Origin: a virus
Virus record (IMG/VR): IMGVR_UViG_3300045996_000340
Span: 1 to 43,692 of that record
Reading direction: 5' to 3' (one strand)
Length of the DNA stretch: 43,692 nucleotides
Part shown: one piece after another, positions 6,471 to 13,439 of the stretch
Layout of the letters: each line of letters opens with the position of its first letter
How positions within the stretch are numbered: position 1 is the stretch's first letter
Notes under the pieces: model-generated
Database searches by the model: none
Seen by the model: the letters and a program-made list of their open reading frames with translations, nothing else
Told to the model about the DNA's origin: nothing
Made by a program: the position numbers and the translations under genes

Positions 6471-8961
6471 CGAAGAAGAAGTCGGACTGCTTGATCAGCT
6501 CCAGGTCCAGGGTGCCCATCGCCGGGGGCTCCGGGAGGGGCGCGCCGAGGACAGCCTCGACGCTGGCCTTGAGGTCGGCCAGGACGTTGTTCTCCTGGTA
6601 GAGGTCGATGAACGCCTGGCGCAGGCACTGCCCGAGCATCTCGGCGTCCGCGGCAGGGCAGCCGTAGCTGTCGTGGACCATGGCGAACTCCTCGATCCCA
6701 TTGTCCGCCGCGTAGCAGACCGAGAGCTGGAGGGCGGCGGCATCGAGCGAGTGGACGAAGTTGGGCGGGAAGGCGTTGCCCTGCTCCCTCCCGTTGATGG
6801 TGGGCAGGTACTCTTGAAGGCGGGGCTTGATGATCCGGTCACCGAGGCGGGTGTCCACCTGCCGGGACTTGGTTTCGTAGTACACCTGATGCACAGGGAA
6901 CCCCACCGGGGTCACCCACTCGATCGGCAGCTGCGCCTTGGACGTGACGGCAGCCACCTTCTTGAGCCAGTCCATGGCCTTGCGGGCGGCCACGACCACC
7001 TCCCCGATCGCGGTCCAGACGAGACGCGTCAGGAAGAGGGTCGGCTCCAGCAGCTCACCCATCGGCCACGGCGGGGTGTAGCTCGGGTCGCGCAGCTTGC
7101 GTGCCTCCACCTCCTCCTCGACGTGCTCCTGGATGTACTGCCGGCAGGAATGGCGCGTGCCGCTGTAGGGCACCACCATGACCGGCCGCTTGGTGGTCTT
7201 GCGGGTCACCCCGAAGTCCAGCCACTGCTGCGCCAGCACCCGCTCGGCTTCCTCCTCGTCGTTGGTTCCCGCAGTGGATACGATACGGCGCAGCTTATGC
7301 AGCGTGACCGTGGCCACCTCCTGGTAGATGTCGGCCGGCTTGTTGGACGGCACCAGGTTCACCGCCTTGCCACCCCTCGGGTCGCGCAGCATGGCGGAGT
7401 AGTGCTGGAGGCCGTTGCAGCTTCCGTCCAGCGAGATGGGCAGCGTTGAGACGAAGCCCCAGCCGTGGGCCTGGAAGGCGGCCCACTCGAAGCAGAAGGC
7501 GAGGAACTGCCAGGGCTTGTCGGCCTCGGTCCACCACCGCTCCGAGATCGGGTCGGCGGCACAGGCGAGGATCTGCTGCTCGTGCTCCTGGACCCACGCG
7601 ATGCGGCCGTCGAGGCTCACCTTGTCGTAGCCGAAGACGCCGGCGCCGTGGATCATGAGCCAGCCAGCGGCGACGGTGTCATTGATCGGCTTGCCCTTGG
7701 CGAAGGTCAGCAGCCCCTTGGCCAGGTCGTTGCCTTGCGGGGTCAGGTACTGAGGCATCGGATACACCCGCCCGCGGAAGTCGAGCTGGTGCGGGAAGTA
7801 GATCGCCTGCTCGTCCTTGAACTTGTCGGCCAGCCAGAGGATCTTCCCCGCCTGGAGCCGCTTGGACCTGAGCTTGGCGTTGTAGCCATGGATGCGGGCG
7901 GCGTCCCGCTTCCAAAGCTTCTTCATCTCCTCGTCCCGGAGGTGCTCGTGATCCCCCTCCGGCTTCTGCCCGCAGACAGGGCATGGAGGGAGAGCCACGT
8001 CATCCTTAGCTGGGAGCTTGCCGACCGTGATGCCGGCATCCCAGTACCAGTGGGCCACCGCCAGCACGTCCTTCCGGACGAGCCAGCCGGTGCGGTCGAT
8101 GCGCTCGACGGCCTCACGCACGGTGGCCATCTCGTCCCAGGAGGCGGCCATCTTCTTGAGGGTGATGTTCAGACCGCTCGACGTCTTGAGCAGGCGCCGC
8201 TTGGCGCGGTTGGTGTGGTATCCGCCATCGGTCGGGCTGGTCCATGGCTTCGGCTCGACCAGCATGGGGAGGAGCATCGGCGAGAGCAGCTCGCACCGAG
8301 AGACGGTCGAGTTGATCCAGGTGAGGGCCTTCTTGGTCGGGATCAGCTGCACCCGGCACTCGCGCCGGAGCTGGATGGTCTCGGTCTCAGCGAAGCCTGT
8401 CGTCTCGATCATCATGTCGAGACAAGCCATGCCCAGATGCATCCGCTCCTGCTGAGACATGCTAGTGTAAGCGGTGCCGTACTTGTTGGCGGCGTAGGTC
8501 ATGACCTTCTCGCGGTAGCCCCGGTGAGAGGACCGGCGGACGCTCTCGGAGACCTTGCCGTAGAGCTTCGGCTGCTGCTGCTCGAAGGCCTGGTAGTGCA
8601 GCTCGTTGTCCAGCTGGGCGCCGATCGACATGGCCACCTTCGTGACCGGCGTCGTGCGGGTGATGCTGTCGAGGACCACCTTCATGATGATGAAGGCGGC
8701 CACCTGAGGGTCGATCAGGGACAGGTGCTTGACGGCGCTGTGCCTGCGGCCACGGCCGCCAGACATGGCCTTCTCGATGAACGCCTCAATGGCCTGGGCC
8801 AAGGGCTTGATCGCCCGGCTGACCATCTCGATACCGTAGGGGGTGGTGCTCTCCTCGTGGGTGTCTCGGGCTCGGGCGAGGCGGGCTCGGAACTGGTCGG
8901 TCCCGAGGCCCTGCATCTCCGCCTCAAGCTCGGCTTGGCGCTGCATCAGGGTGTCGTTCAT
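6466..8961 (-). CDS. Single-subunit DNA-dependent RNA polymerase (T7 gp1-like)
   Basis: 831 aa. HQLDFRGRVYPMPQ, DGSCNGLQHYSAMLRD, VMVVPYSGTRHSCRQY, PPNFVHSLDAAAL, MVHDSYG, and C-terminal DFFFA (T7 ends FAFA). Confidence 0.97.
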   Translation of the reverse strand: MNDTLMQRQAELEAEMQGLGTDQFRARLARARDTHEESTTPYGIEMVSRAIKPLAQAIEAFIEKAMSGGRGRRHSAVKHLSLIDPQVAAFIIMKVVLDSITRTTPVTKVAMSIGAQLDNELHYQAFEQQQPKLYGKVSESVRRSSHRGYREKVMTYAANKYGTAYTSMSQQERMHLGMACLDMMIETTGFAETETIQLRRECRVQLIPTKKALTWINSTVSRCELLSPMLLPMLVEPKPWTSPTDGGYHTNRAKRRLLKTSSGLNITLKKMAASWDEMATVREAVERIDRTGWLVRKDVLAVAHWYWDAGITVGKLPAKDDVALPPCPVCGQKPEGDHEHLRDEEMKKLWKRDAARIHGYNAKLRSKRLQAGKILWLADKFKDEQAIYFPHQLDFRGRVYPMPQYLTPQGNDLAKGLLTFAKGKPINDTVAAGWLMIHGAGVFGYDKVSLDGRIAWVQEHEQQILACAADPISERWWTEADKPWQFLAFCFEWAAFQAHGWGFVSTLPISLDGSCNGLQHYSAMLRDPRGGKAVNLVPSNKPADIYQEVATVTLHKLRRIVSTAGTNDEEEAERVLAQQWLDFGVTRKTTKRPVMVVPYSGTRHSCRQYIQEHVEEEVEARKLRDPSYTPPWPMGELLEPTLFLTRLVWTAIGEVVVAARKAMDWLKKVAAVTSKAQLPIEWVTPVGFPVHQVYYETKSRQVDTRLGDRIIKPRLQEYLPTINGREQGNAFPPNFVHSLDAAALQLSVCYAADNGIEEFAMVHDSYGCPAADAEMLGQCLRQAFIDLYQENNVLADLKASVEAVLGAPLPEPPAMGTLDLELIKQSDFFFA

Positions 8962-8974
8962 TGGCGCCTCGTGA

Positions 8975-9021
8975 TGGGTGGAAGTGATGGCTAGGTGGAT
9001 AGGTCAGGACACACGAATGGC
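8975..9021 (-). repeat. 47-nt leader repeat, copy A (upstream of the RNAP gene)
   Basis: About 83 percent identical by hand alignment to 9251..9297. Minus strand CCATTCGTGTGTCCTGACCTATCCACC...TTCCACCCA. Confidence 0.75.
8994..9008 (-). promoter_or_regulatory. Motif copy CCTGACCTATCCACC (consensus), 32 nt upstream of the RNAP start
   Basis: CTGACCTATCCACC family. Confidence 0.5.
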
Positions 9022-9022
9022 G

Positions 9023-9241
9023 TTACGCCAGGTCGGCTGGCTTCGACCGCAGGCAGCGGACCTTGACGAAGTGCCCTTCGAGCAGCCTCTCGGGGTACTG
9101 CGACGCGGAGAACTGCCCGCTCTGGAGGCACATGGCCGGGCTCGGCGCCGGCTCGGCGTACCAGTAGTCGGTCGCCGTGTTGGGCGTGCAGTCGCCCCCG
9201 AGGATGCCGAGGGCGCAGACCAGGATCTGGACCGTGAACAT
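9023..9241 (-). CDS. Small exported Cys-containing protein (72 aa), hypothetical
   Basis: Internal ATG MFTVQILVCALGILGGDC... has a hydrophobic N-terminus. The longer ORF-track form would cover repeat copy B. Confidence 0.45.
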   Translation of the reverse strand: MFTVQILVCALGILGGDCTPNTATDYWYAEPAPSPAMCLQSGQFSASQYPERLLEGHFVKVRCLRSKPADLA

Positions 9242-9250
9242 GCTGTCCCT

Positions 9251-9297
9251 TGGGTGGAAGAGGTGCCGGCGTGGATAGCTCAGGGCACACGAATGGC
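9251..9297 (-). repeat. 47-nt leader repeat, copy B (upstream of 9023..9241)
   Basis: Minus strand CCATTCGTGTGCCCTGAGCTATCCACG...TTCCACCCA. See copy A. Confidence 0.75.
9270..9284 (-). promoter_or_regulatory. Motif copy CCTGAGCTATCCACG
   Basis: CTGACCTATCCACC family, inside leader repeat B. Confidence 0.45.
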
Positions 9298-9303
9298 CCT
9301 GGA

Positions 9304-9987
9304 TCAGGCGGCTTCGAGGTACGCGCGCTCCTCGGCGTGCCACGCCTCCAGCTCGGCGACGCTGAACAGGAGGGTGTCGTGGTTCAGGCGGCCGAAGCGC
9401 TTGGCGTTCTTGGTCTTGGTCCGCTCGGTGAGCTGGCCGACCGCCATCCAGTACTCGCGCATCGGTAGCTCGATGCCCTTGGCCTTGAGGAACCGGTCGA
9501 GGCTGGTCCAGACGTCGGCGTCGGGGAGCTTGGCCACGAGCCGGGCCTCGAACTCGGCGACCGCCTCGGGGTGCTGCTCGCGCACCTGGTCGCTGATGTA
9601 GACGCCTGCCTTGCGGATCGCCGGCAGGACCTCACGGGCTACCCAGTCCTGGAACCGCCGGGCGGCCGGCTTGTCCGACCGCATGATCAGCTTGTAGAGG
9701 CCGCTCTCGGAGACGAGAGAGACCACCGGGGTGGTGCCAGGGAACAGCTCTGCCGAAGCGGAGCAGGTCAGAGGTGCTCCACTGTCCTTCCGCAGAAGCC
9801 GCCGCTCGTCAGCGCTGACGCGGTGCATGTGGTGGTCGACCGCACCGTTGGCCTTCGGCGTCAGCTCCAGGCAACGGCACACGTCCTTGGTCACGAACCA
9901 GGGCTCGGCATCGATGGTCACGACCCGGACCTCGTTGGCGCCCTCGAAGGTGTAGACGGTCAGGTTGCTGGTCATCTCGCTCTCCAT
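9304..9987 (-). CDS. Bro-N domain protein (phage antirepressor-like)
   Basis: LTVYTFEGANEVRVVTIDAEPWFVTKDVCRCLEL...VSESGLYKLIMRSDKPAARRFQDWVAREVLPAIRKAGVY is a typical Bro-N pattern. The start is either ATG 9987 (abutting the motif) or ATG 9975 (preceded by GGAGAG). Confidence 0.8.
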   Translation of the reverse strand: MESEMTSNLTVYTFEGANEVRVVTIDAEPWFVTKDVCRCLELTPKANGAVDHHMHRVSADERRLLRKDSGAPLTCSASAELFPGTTPVVSLVSESGLYKLIMRSDKPAARRFQDWVAREVLPAIRKAGVYISDQVREQHPEAVAEFEARLVAKLPDADVWTSLDRFLKAKGIELPMREYWMAVGQLTERTKTKNAKRFGRLNHDTLLFSVAELEAWHAEERAYLEAA

Positions 9988-10003
9988 GGTGGATACAAGT
10001 CTG
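9988..10003 (-). promoter_or_regulatory. Motif copy CAGACTTGTATCCACC directly abutting ATG 9987
   Basis: CTGACCTATCCACC family. Confidence 0.4.
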
Positions 10004-10203
10004 TCGGAACGTGGCTCCCCGCCTGGCTTTGCGAGCCGTTCTAGGGCCGAACGCAACACGGGTGGCGGGGTGAGCGGGGAGGCTAAGCGTTTGATTTTCC
10101 GTTCGACACATGCCGGCCTGGATACCATTCCACGGGGGCATGGCTGGTGTATGGATTTGGGCGTGAACAGGGTGGGAACACAGCGCCTGGACAGAGGGGG
10201 AAC

Positions 10204-10222
10204 ACGCAACAAATACGCAACA
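10204..10222 (+). repeat. ACGCAACA x2 (10204-10211, 10215-10222), candidate recombinase or regulator arm-type sites
   Basis: Read directly. The same 8-mer recurs at 10497-10504 and, inverted, at 20286-20293 and 20298-20305. Confidence 0.5.
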
Positions 10223-10253
10223 TGGCCAATCCACCCTTGCAGTCTGTCGGCAG

Positions 10254-10268
10254 AGTGGATAGCAGGTG
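10254..10268 (-). promoter_or_regulatory. Motif copy CACCTGCTATCCACT; an opposite-orientation partial copy (caatccaccc) lies at 10227-10236
   Basis: CTGACCTATCCACC family (degenerate), in the 385-nt gap between the tRNA and the antirepressor gene. Confidence 0.3.
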
Positions 10269-10371
10269 CGCAAGCTCGTCCGGCCGGACTGAAGCCGGCT
10301 GAAAGCCTACGCTAAGGGATCAGTTGGAGGGGTGCGTAGCAGGGTGCGATAGATTTTGAGTCCGTCGATCG

Positions 10372-10458
10372 TGGTGCCGGGGACGGGAGTTGAACCCGTA
10401 AGCCCTTGCGGGCGCTGGATTTTGAGTCCAGTGCGTTTACCAGTTTCGCCACCCCGGC
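10372..10458 (-). tRNA. tRNA-Leu (anticodon CAA), type II with long variable arm and encoded CCA
   Basis: Minus strand GCCGGGGTGGCGAAACTGGTAAACGCACTGGACTCAAAATCCAGCGCCCGCAAGGGCTTACGGGTTCAACTCCCGTCCCCGGCACCA. 7-bp acceptor stem GCCGGGG/CCCCGGC, anticodon stem CTGGA/TCCAG with loop CTCAAAA, variable-arm hairpin GCCC-GCAA-GGGC, T-arm ACGGG-TTCAACT-CCCGT. Confidence 0.9.
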
Positions 10459-10459
10459 C

Positions 10460-10504
10460 CGCAACATTCGCGACCGAATGCAACATCGCCGCAACAACGC
10501 AACA
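10460..10504 (+). repeat. Cluster of four (C/T)GCAACA repeats immediately 5' of the tRNA gene
   Basis: gcaaca at 10461, 10480, 10491 and 10499, read directly. Confidence 0.5.
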
Positions 10505-10524
10505 TGCCACGTCGGTGCATCAGA

Positions 10525-11025
10525 TCAAGTCTGATCGCGGTCCGGTAGGCCCACGAGTTTGAACTTGCAACGCCGATCCTGGGGGCAGTCCCGGAGCTTT
10601 CGGCGCGCTTCGACGACCGCAGCTGCGATCCGGTCCGCCGCGGCGACCACGTCTTCGTGCTCCCAGACGGTGAAAAGCGTCCAGCCCTCAACGCGCAGTC
10701 GATAGGCCGTATCTTCGTCCCTTGCGCGGGTGTGGGCGAGCTTTTCACGCCACCATTCGCCGTTGGCTTTTGGTATGACGCCATGTTGCGGGCAGTGGTG
10801 CCAGAAGCACCCGCGGACTTCCACCGCTATGCGGACGGTCCTGAAGACGAGGTCGATGTGCCTCCGCAAGCCGGGAACGGGTCGTTGGAACAAGCGGTAG
10901 CGGAGACCGCGCCGGTGAAGCTCCCGGCGCAAGGCCACCTCCGGCTTCGTGTCCCGTCGCGATTGTCGTTGCATCCGGTTGCGGACATCCGGCGAACTGG
11001 CAAAGCTGACGCCCTTTCGTACCAT
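10525..11025 (-). CDS. vsr: Very short patch repair endonuclease (Vsr)
   Basis: SRRDTKPEVALRRELHRRGLRYR, IAVEVRGCFWHHCP, PKANGEWWREKL, RDEDT...GWTLFTVWEHE: canonical Vsr blocks. Confidence 0.9.
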   Translation of the reverse strand: MVRKGVSFASSPDVRNRMQRQSRRDTKPEVALRRELHRRGLRYRLFQRPVPGLRRHIDLVFRTVRIAVEVRGCFWHHCPQHGVIPKANGEWWREKLAHTRARDEDTAYRLRVEGWTLFTVWEHEDVVAAADRIAAAVVEARRKLRDCPQDRRCKFKLVGLPDRDQT

Positions 11026-11124
11026 TAGGTCGTTTCCTCCGCCGCGATATCGCCAAGGGGTAGACTCCAGGATAGCGCTTGTGCCTTATGGCAACCACCA
11101 CTGCGCGAGTTCGGAGGTCTGAAG

Positions 11125-11796
11125 TTGCCTTCACATGTATTGGCCAGAGAGCCTGACCCACGCGGCTTCGCGAACGATCAGGCGCTGGCCGCGCTTGGGC
11201 TTCGCCGTGAGCAGATCGCCAACAGCATCATGGGCACGTACCGCCTCTTCGACCGCATCGACTCGACGCTGGCGACTGACGGCGTAGCCCCGCTGTGCCA
11301 GATCATCGAGCTGGCCAACCTCAGCAGCATGATGGGCAACATCATGGGCGCAGAGTTGGCGAAACACAGCGACGGGCTTTATCGCCGTAACGGCCCCCAC
11401 AAGTACCCCGATCTCCTGCCCCTTGGCGAGTTGGCGGTAAGAGGCGGCATAGAGATCAAGTTTTCGTTGAACCGCAATTATCCGAAGGGGCACCTTGCCA
11501 AGGAAGGGTACTACATCACCTGTCGGTATATCCTGGTCGGCGAGAATGGAGAGAGAATAGGAGAGGTGGCCGATCGACCAAAGGCGAGCAAGGCCGTCAT
11601 ATGGGAAGTCAGGACGGGCCATCTCGGGATCGCTCACTTCAACCTCAGCAATACCGAAGGCGACTCCGGTAAGACGGCTGTGATCAATGCTGCCGGCATG
11701 GAGGAGCTGAAGACAGTGTACGTCGACTTGGCCATGGTGCCCGGCAGCCAACGGGGTGCGCGCTATAAGGCTTACCGTTACCTCGTGGGCCGCTAG
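11125..11796 (+). CDS. PD-(D/E)XK nuclease, candidate Type II restriction endonuclease partner of the adjacent methyltransferase
   Basis: 223 aa. HKYPDLLPLGELAVRGGIEIKFS gives PD...E-x-K spacing. TTG start with GGAGG 8 nt upstream. It converges tail-to-tail (5-nt gap) with the C5 MTase and is divergent from vsr. No family was recognised by eye. Confidence 0.5.
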   Translation: MPSHVLAREPDPRGFANDQALAALGLRREQIANSIMGTYRLFDRIDSTLATDGVAPLCQIIELANLSSMMGNIMGAELAKHSDGLYRRNGPHKYPDLLPLGELAVRGGIEIKFSLNRNYPKGHLAKEGYYITCRYILVGENGERIGEVADRPKASKAVIWEVRTGHLGIAHFNLSNTEGDSGKTAVINAAGMEELKTVYVDLAMVPGSQRGARYKAYRYLVGR

Positions 11797-11801
11797 GGGG
11801 T

Positions 11802-13253
11802 TCAGTCCGACTCCAGAATTGCCTCGGCAATCAGCCTCCCGAGAAGGGGCGGCACCGCGTTACCGATCTGCTTCACCACCTGTGACCGCATGCCACTGAA
11901 TTCGAACGTGTCGAAGAAACCTTGCAGCCTGGCTCCCTCGCGAGGCGTGAGGGCTCGGTCTTGGATGGGGTGGATGCACCGGTTGCTCGCTGGGTGGACA
12001 AAGTTGACCGTGATGGTGTTCGCCGGCTCGTCCCCATCAAGCCTGCTGTAGCAGGTGCTGAACCCGGACGTCACCAACCCCGGTGGCAAACAGTTGATGT
12101 TCTTCCCAGCATGTCGAATGATCTCAAGCATCGCTGGGGTATGCGAGGTCGCGTCATGAAGCGTCAGCCGCTCAGCTCCGGCTCGGATCACCTCTGCATA
12201 GCGCGACACCGGGGCGTCCTCGTTGTATTCCGTCGCGGCCTCTCCCGAACGCACCGGGGGTAGGTCGCCGATTGCCTCCATAACGGTGACGGCCGGACGC
12301 GTGTCCCCGAGGAAGCCAGGATCGGGCATCAAGAGCAGGGGAGAGTTCCCGACCATCGACCGCCGGTCGTGATGGTGCGTGGGCTTCGGCCATTCAAACG
12401 CCTTTCCTCGCCGCGAACCGACGATGATCAAGCGTTCACGGCGCTGGGGTAGGCCGTGGTACGCGGCGTTCAGCACTCGGGCTGACACCCGATAACCCAA
12501 CGCCTCGAACGCCCCGAGAAGGGCCTGGTACACCTTGCCATCCTTGTGAGAAAGGAGGCCTACGACATTCTCGAAAACCAGCCAGTCTGGCTCAAGCGCC
12601 GCCACAATTCGGCAGAACTCTTCACCGAGATTATTGCGCGGGTCATGCCATTCGACATTGCGGAACGGCCGTAGAGAGGAAAACCCTTGGCAGGGTGGCC
12701 CACCGATGACAGCAAAGGGGGGTGGGTTTTCTGAAGCCAATGTCTCCGTCGCTAACTTGCGGATGTCCATACCGTATGCGTTTGCGGCGGCATGATTGGT
12801 AGCAAAGGTCTCCAGCCGGTCACCAAGCAGATCCACGCCTGCGACAACTTCGAACTCCCAGGTAGCTTCAAAACCAGCGCTGAGACCACCAATGCCGCAG
12901 AACAGGTCGATAACGGGGCGAAGACCAAGGTCAGGTTCTCTCCGGCGGCGCCGAACCGTCTCGGCTTCGGGAATGGCCGTCACGTATCCTTCGCCGGAGA
13001 CCGCCACGCTCGGCTTGACGCCGTTTAGGTCTGCGCCAAGCGCGCGCTCCAGGCGGCGGGCGTCTTCCTCCGATAGGGGGTCAAGACCGCGTTCTAGGCG
13101 CGCCAAAGCGGAAACAGTCATGCCGGCATGCCGTGCCAGTTCGCGTTGGGCAAGTCCTTTCGCTAACCTGAGCCGACGGATATCGATGTAGGCGTGGGCG
13201 CTCATTGATTTGCGATGCCTTCCTTGAGTGTTGAAGACATTCCGGGATCGCAC
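11802..13253 (-). CDS. DNA (cytosine-5) methyltransferase with N-terminal XRE-type HTH domain
   Basis: HTH LAKGLAQRELARHAGMTVSALARLERG. MTase motifs: I DLFCGIGGLSAGF, IV GGPPCQGFS, VI FENVVGL, VIII QRRERLIIVG, X GNAVPPLL. An alternative start MSAHAY at 13205 is plausible. Confidence 0.93.
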   Translation of the reverse strand: MRSRNVFNTQGRHRKSMSAHAYIDIRRLRLAKGLAQRELARHAGMTVSALARLERGLDPLSEEDARRLERALGADLNGVKPSVAVSGEGYVTAIPEAETVRRRRREPDLGLRPVIDLFCGIGGLSAGFEATWEFEVVAGVDLLGDRLETFATNHAAANAYGMDIRKLATETLASENPPPFAVIGGPPCQGFSSLRPFRNVEWHDPRNNLGEEFCRIVAALEPDWLVFENVVGLLSHKDGKVYQALLGAFEALGYRVSARVLNAAYHGLPQRRERLIIVGSRRGKAFEWPKPTHHHDRRSMVGNSPLLLMPDPGFLGDTRPAVTVMEAIGDLPPVRSGEAATEYNEDAPVSRYAEVIRAGAERLTLHDATSHTPAMLEIIRHAGKNINCLPPGLVTSGFSTCYSRLDGDEPANTITVNFVHPASNRCIHPIQDRALTPREGARLQGFFDTFEFSGMRSQVVKQIGNAVPPLLGRLIAEAILESD

Positions 13254-13439
13254 CTGCTCGGCTTTTTGGCCGCGGCGTCGATCAACTCGGGTTTCCTCCT
13301 TGCTCCAGAGCCAAACGGTACACTGGACGCCATAGCTGGCGCTACGCTATGCATCCGGTGCTGGCGCGCAGAGTTGTACCAGACTGTCTGGAGCGCGACC
13401 AGTGGTCGAGCTATTAGGCGCGGGTGGGGCAGCTCGGCC

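Noticed and set aside
8994-9008. Reading CTATCCACC as a sigma70 -10 box, or CTGACC as a -35 box
   Set aside because: No conserved partner hexamer is found at 16-18 nt spacing in the copies examined. The two halves are adjacent rather than spaced.
9809-10273. A 154-aa minus-strand ORF, and the N-terminal extension of 9304..10212, across the tRNA-antirepressor gap
   Set aside because: They run through the AT-richer intergenic region containing the motif copies and ACGCAACA repeats. The Bro-N domain begins only after ATG 9987/9975.
10321-10371. A second, partial tRNA gene next to tRNA-Leu
   Set aside because: Only 12 nt (gattttgagtcc) match the tRNA and no cloverleaf can be drawn. It is kept as a possible att core or scar, not as an RNA gene.
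10307-10784. ORFs 10307..10510, 10312..10497, 10356..10562 and 10437..10784
   Set aside because: They overlap the tRNA-Leu gene and the vsr 3' end, and their sequences are low-complexity. They are spurious.
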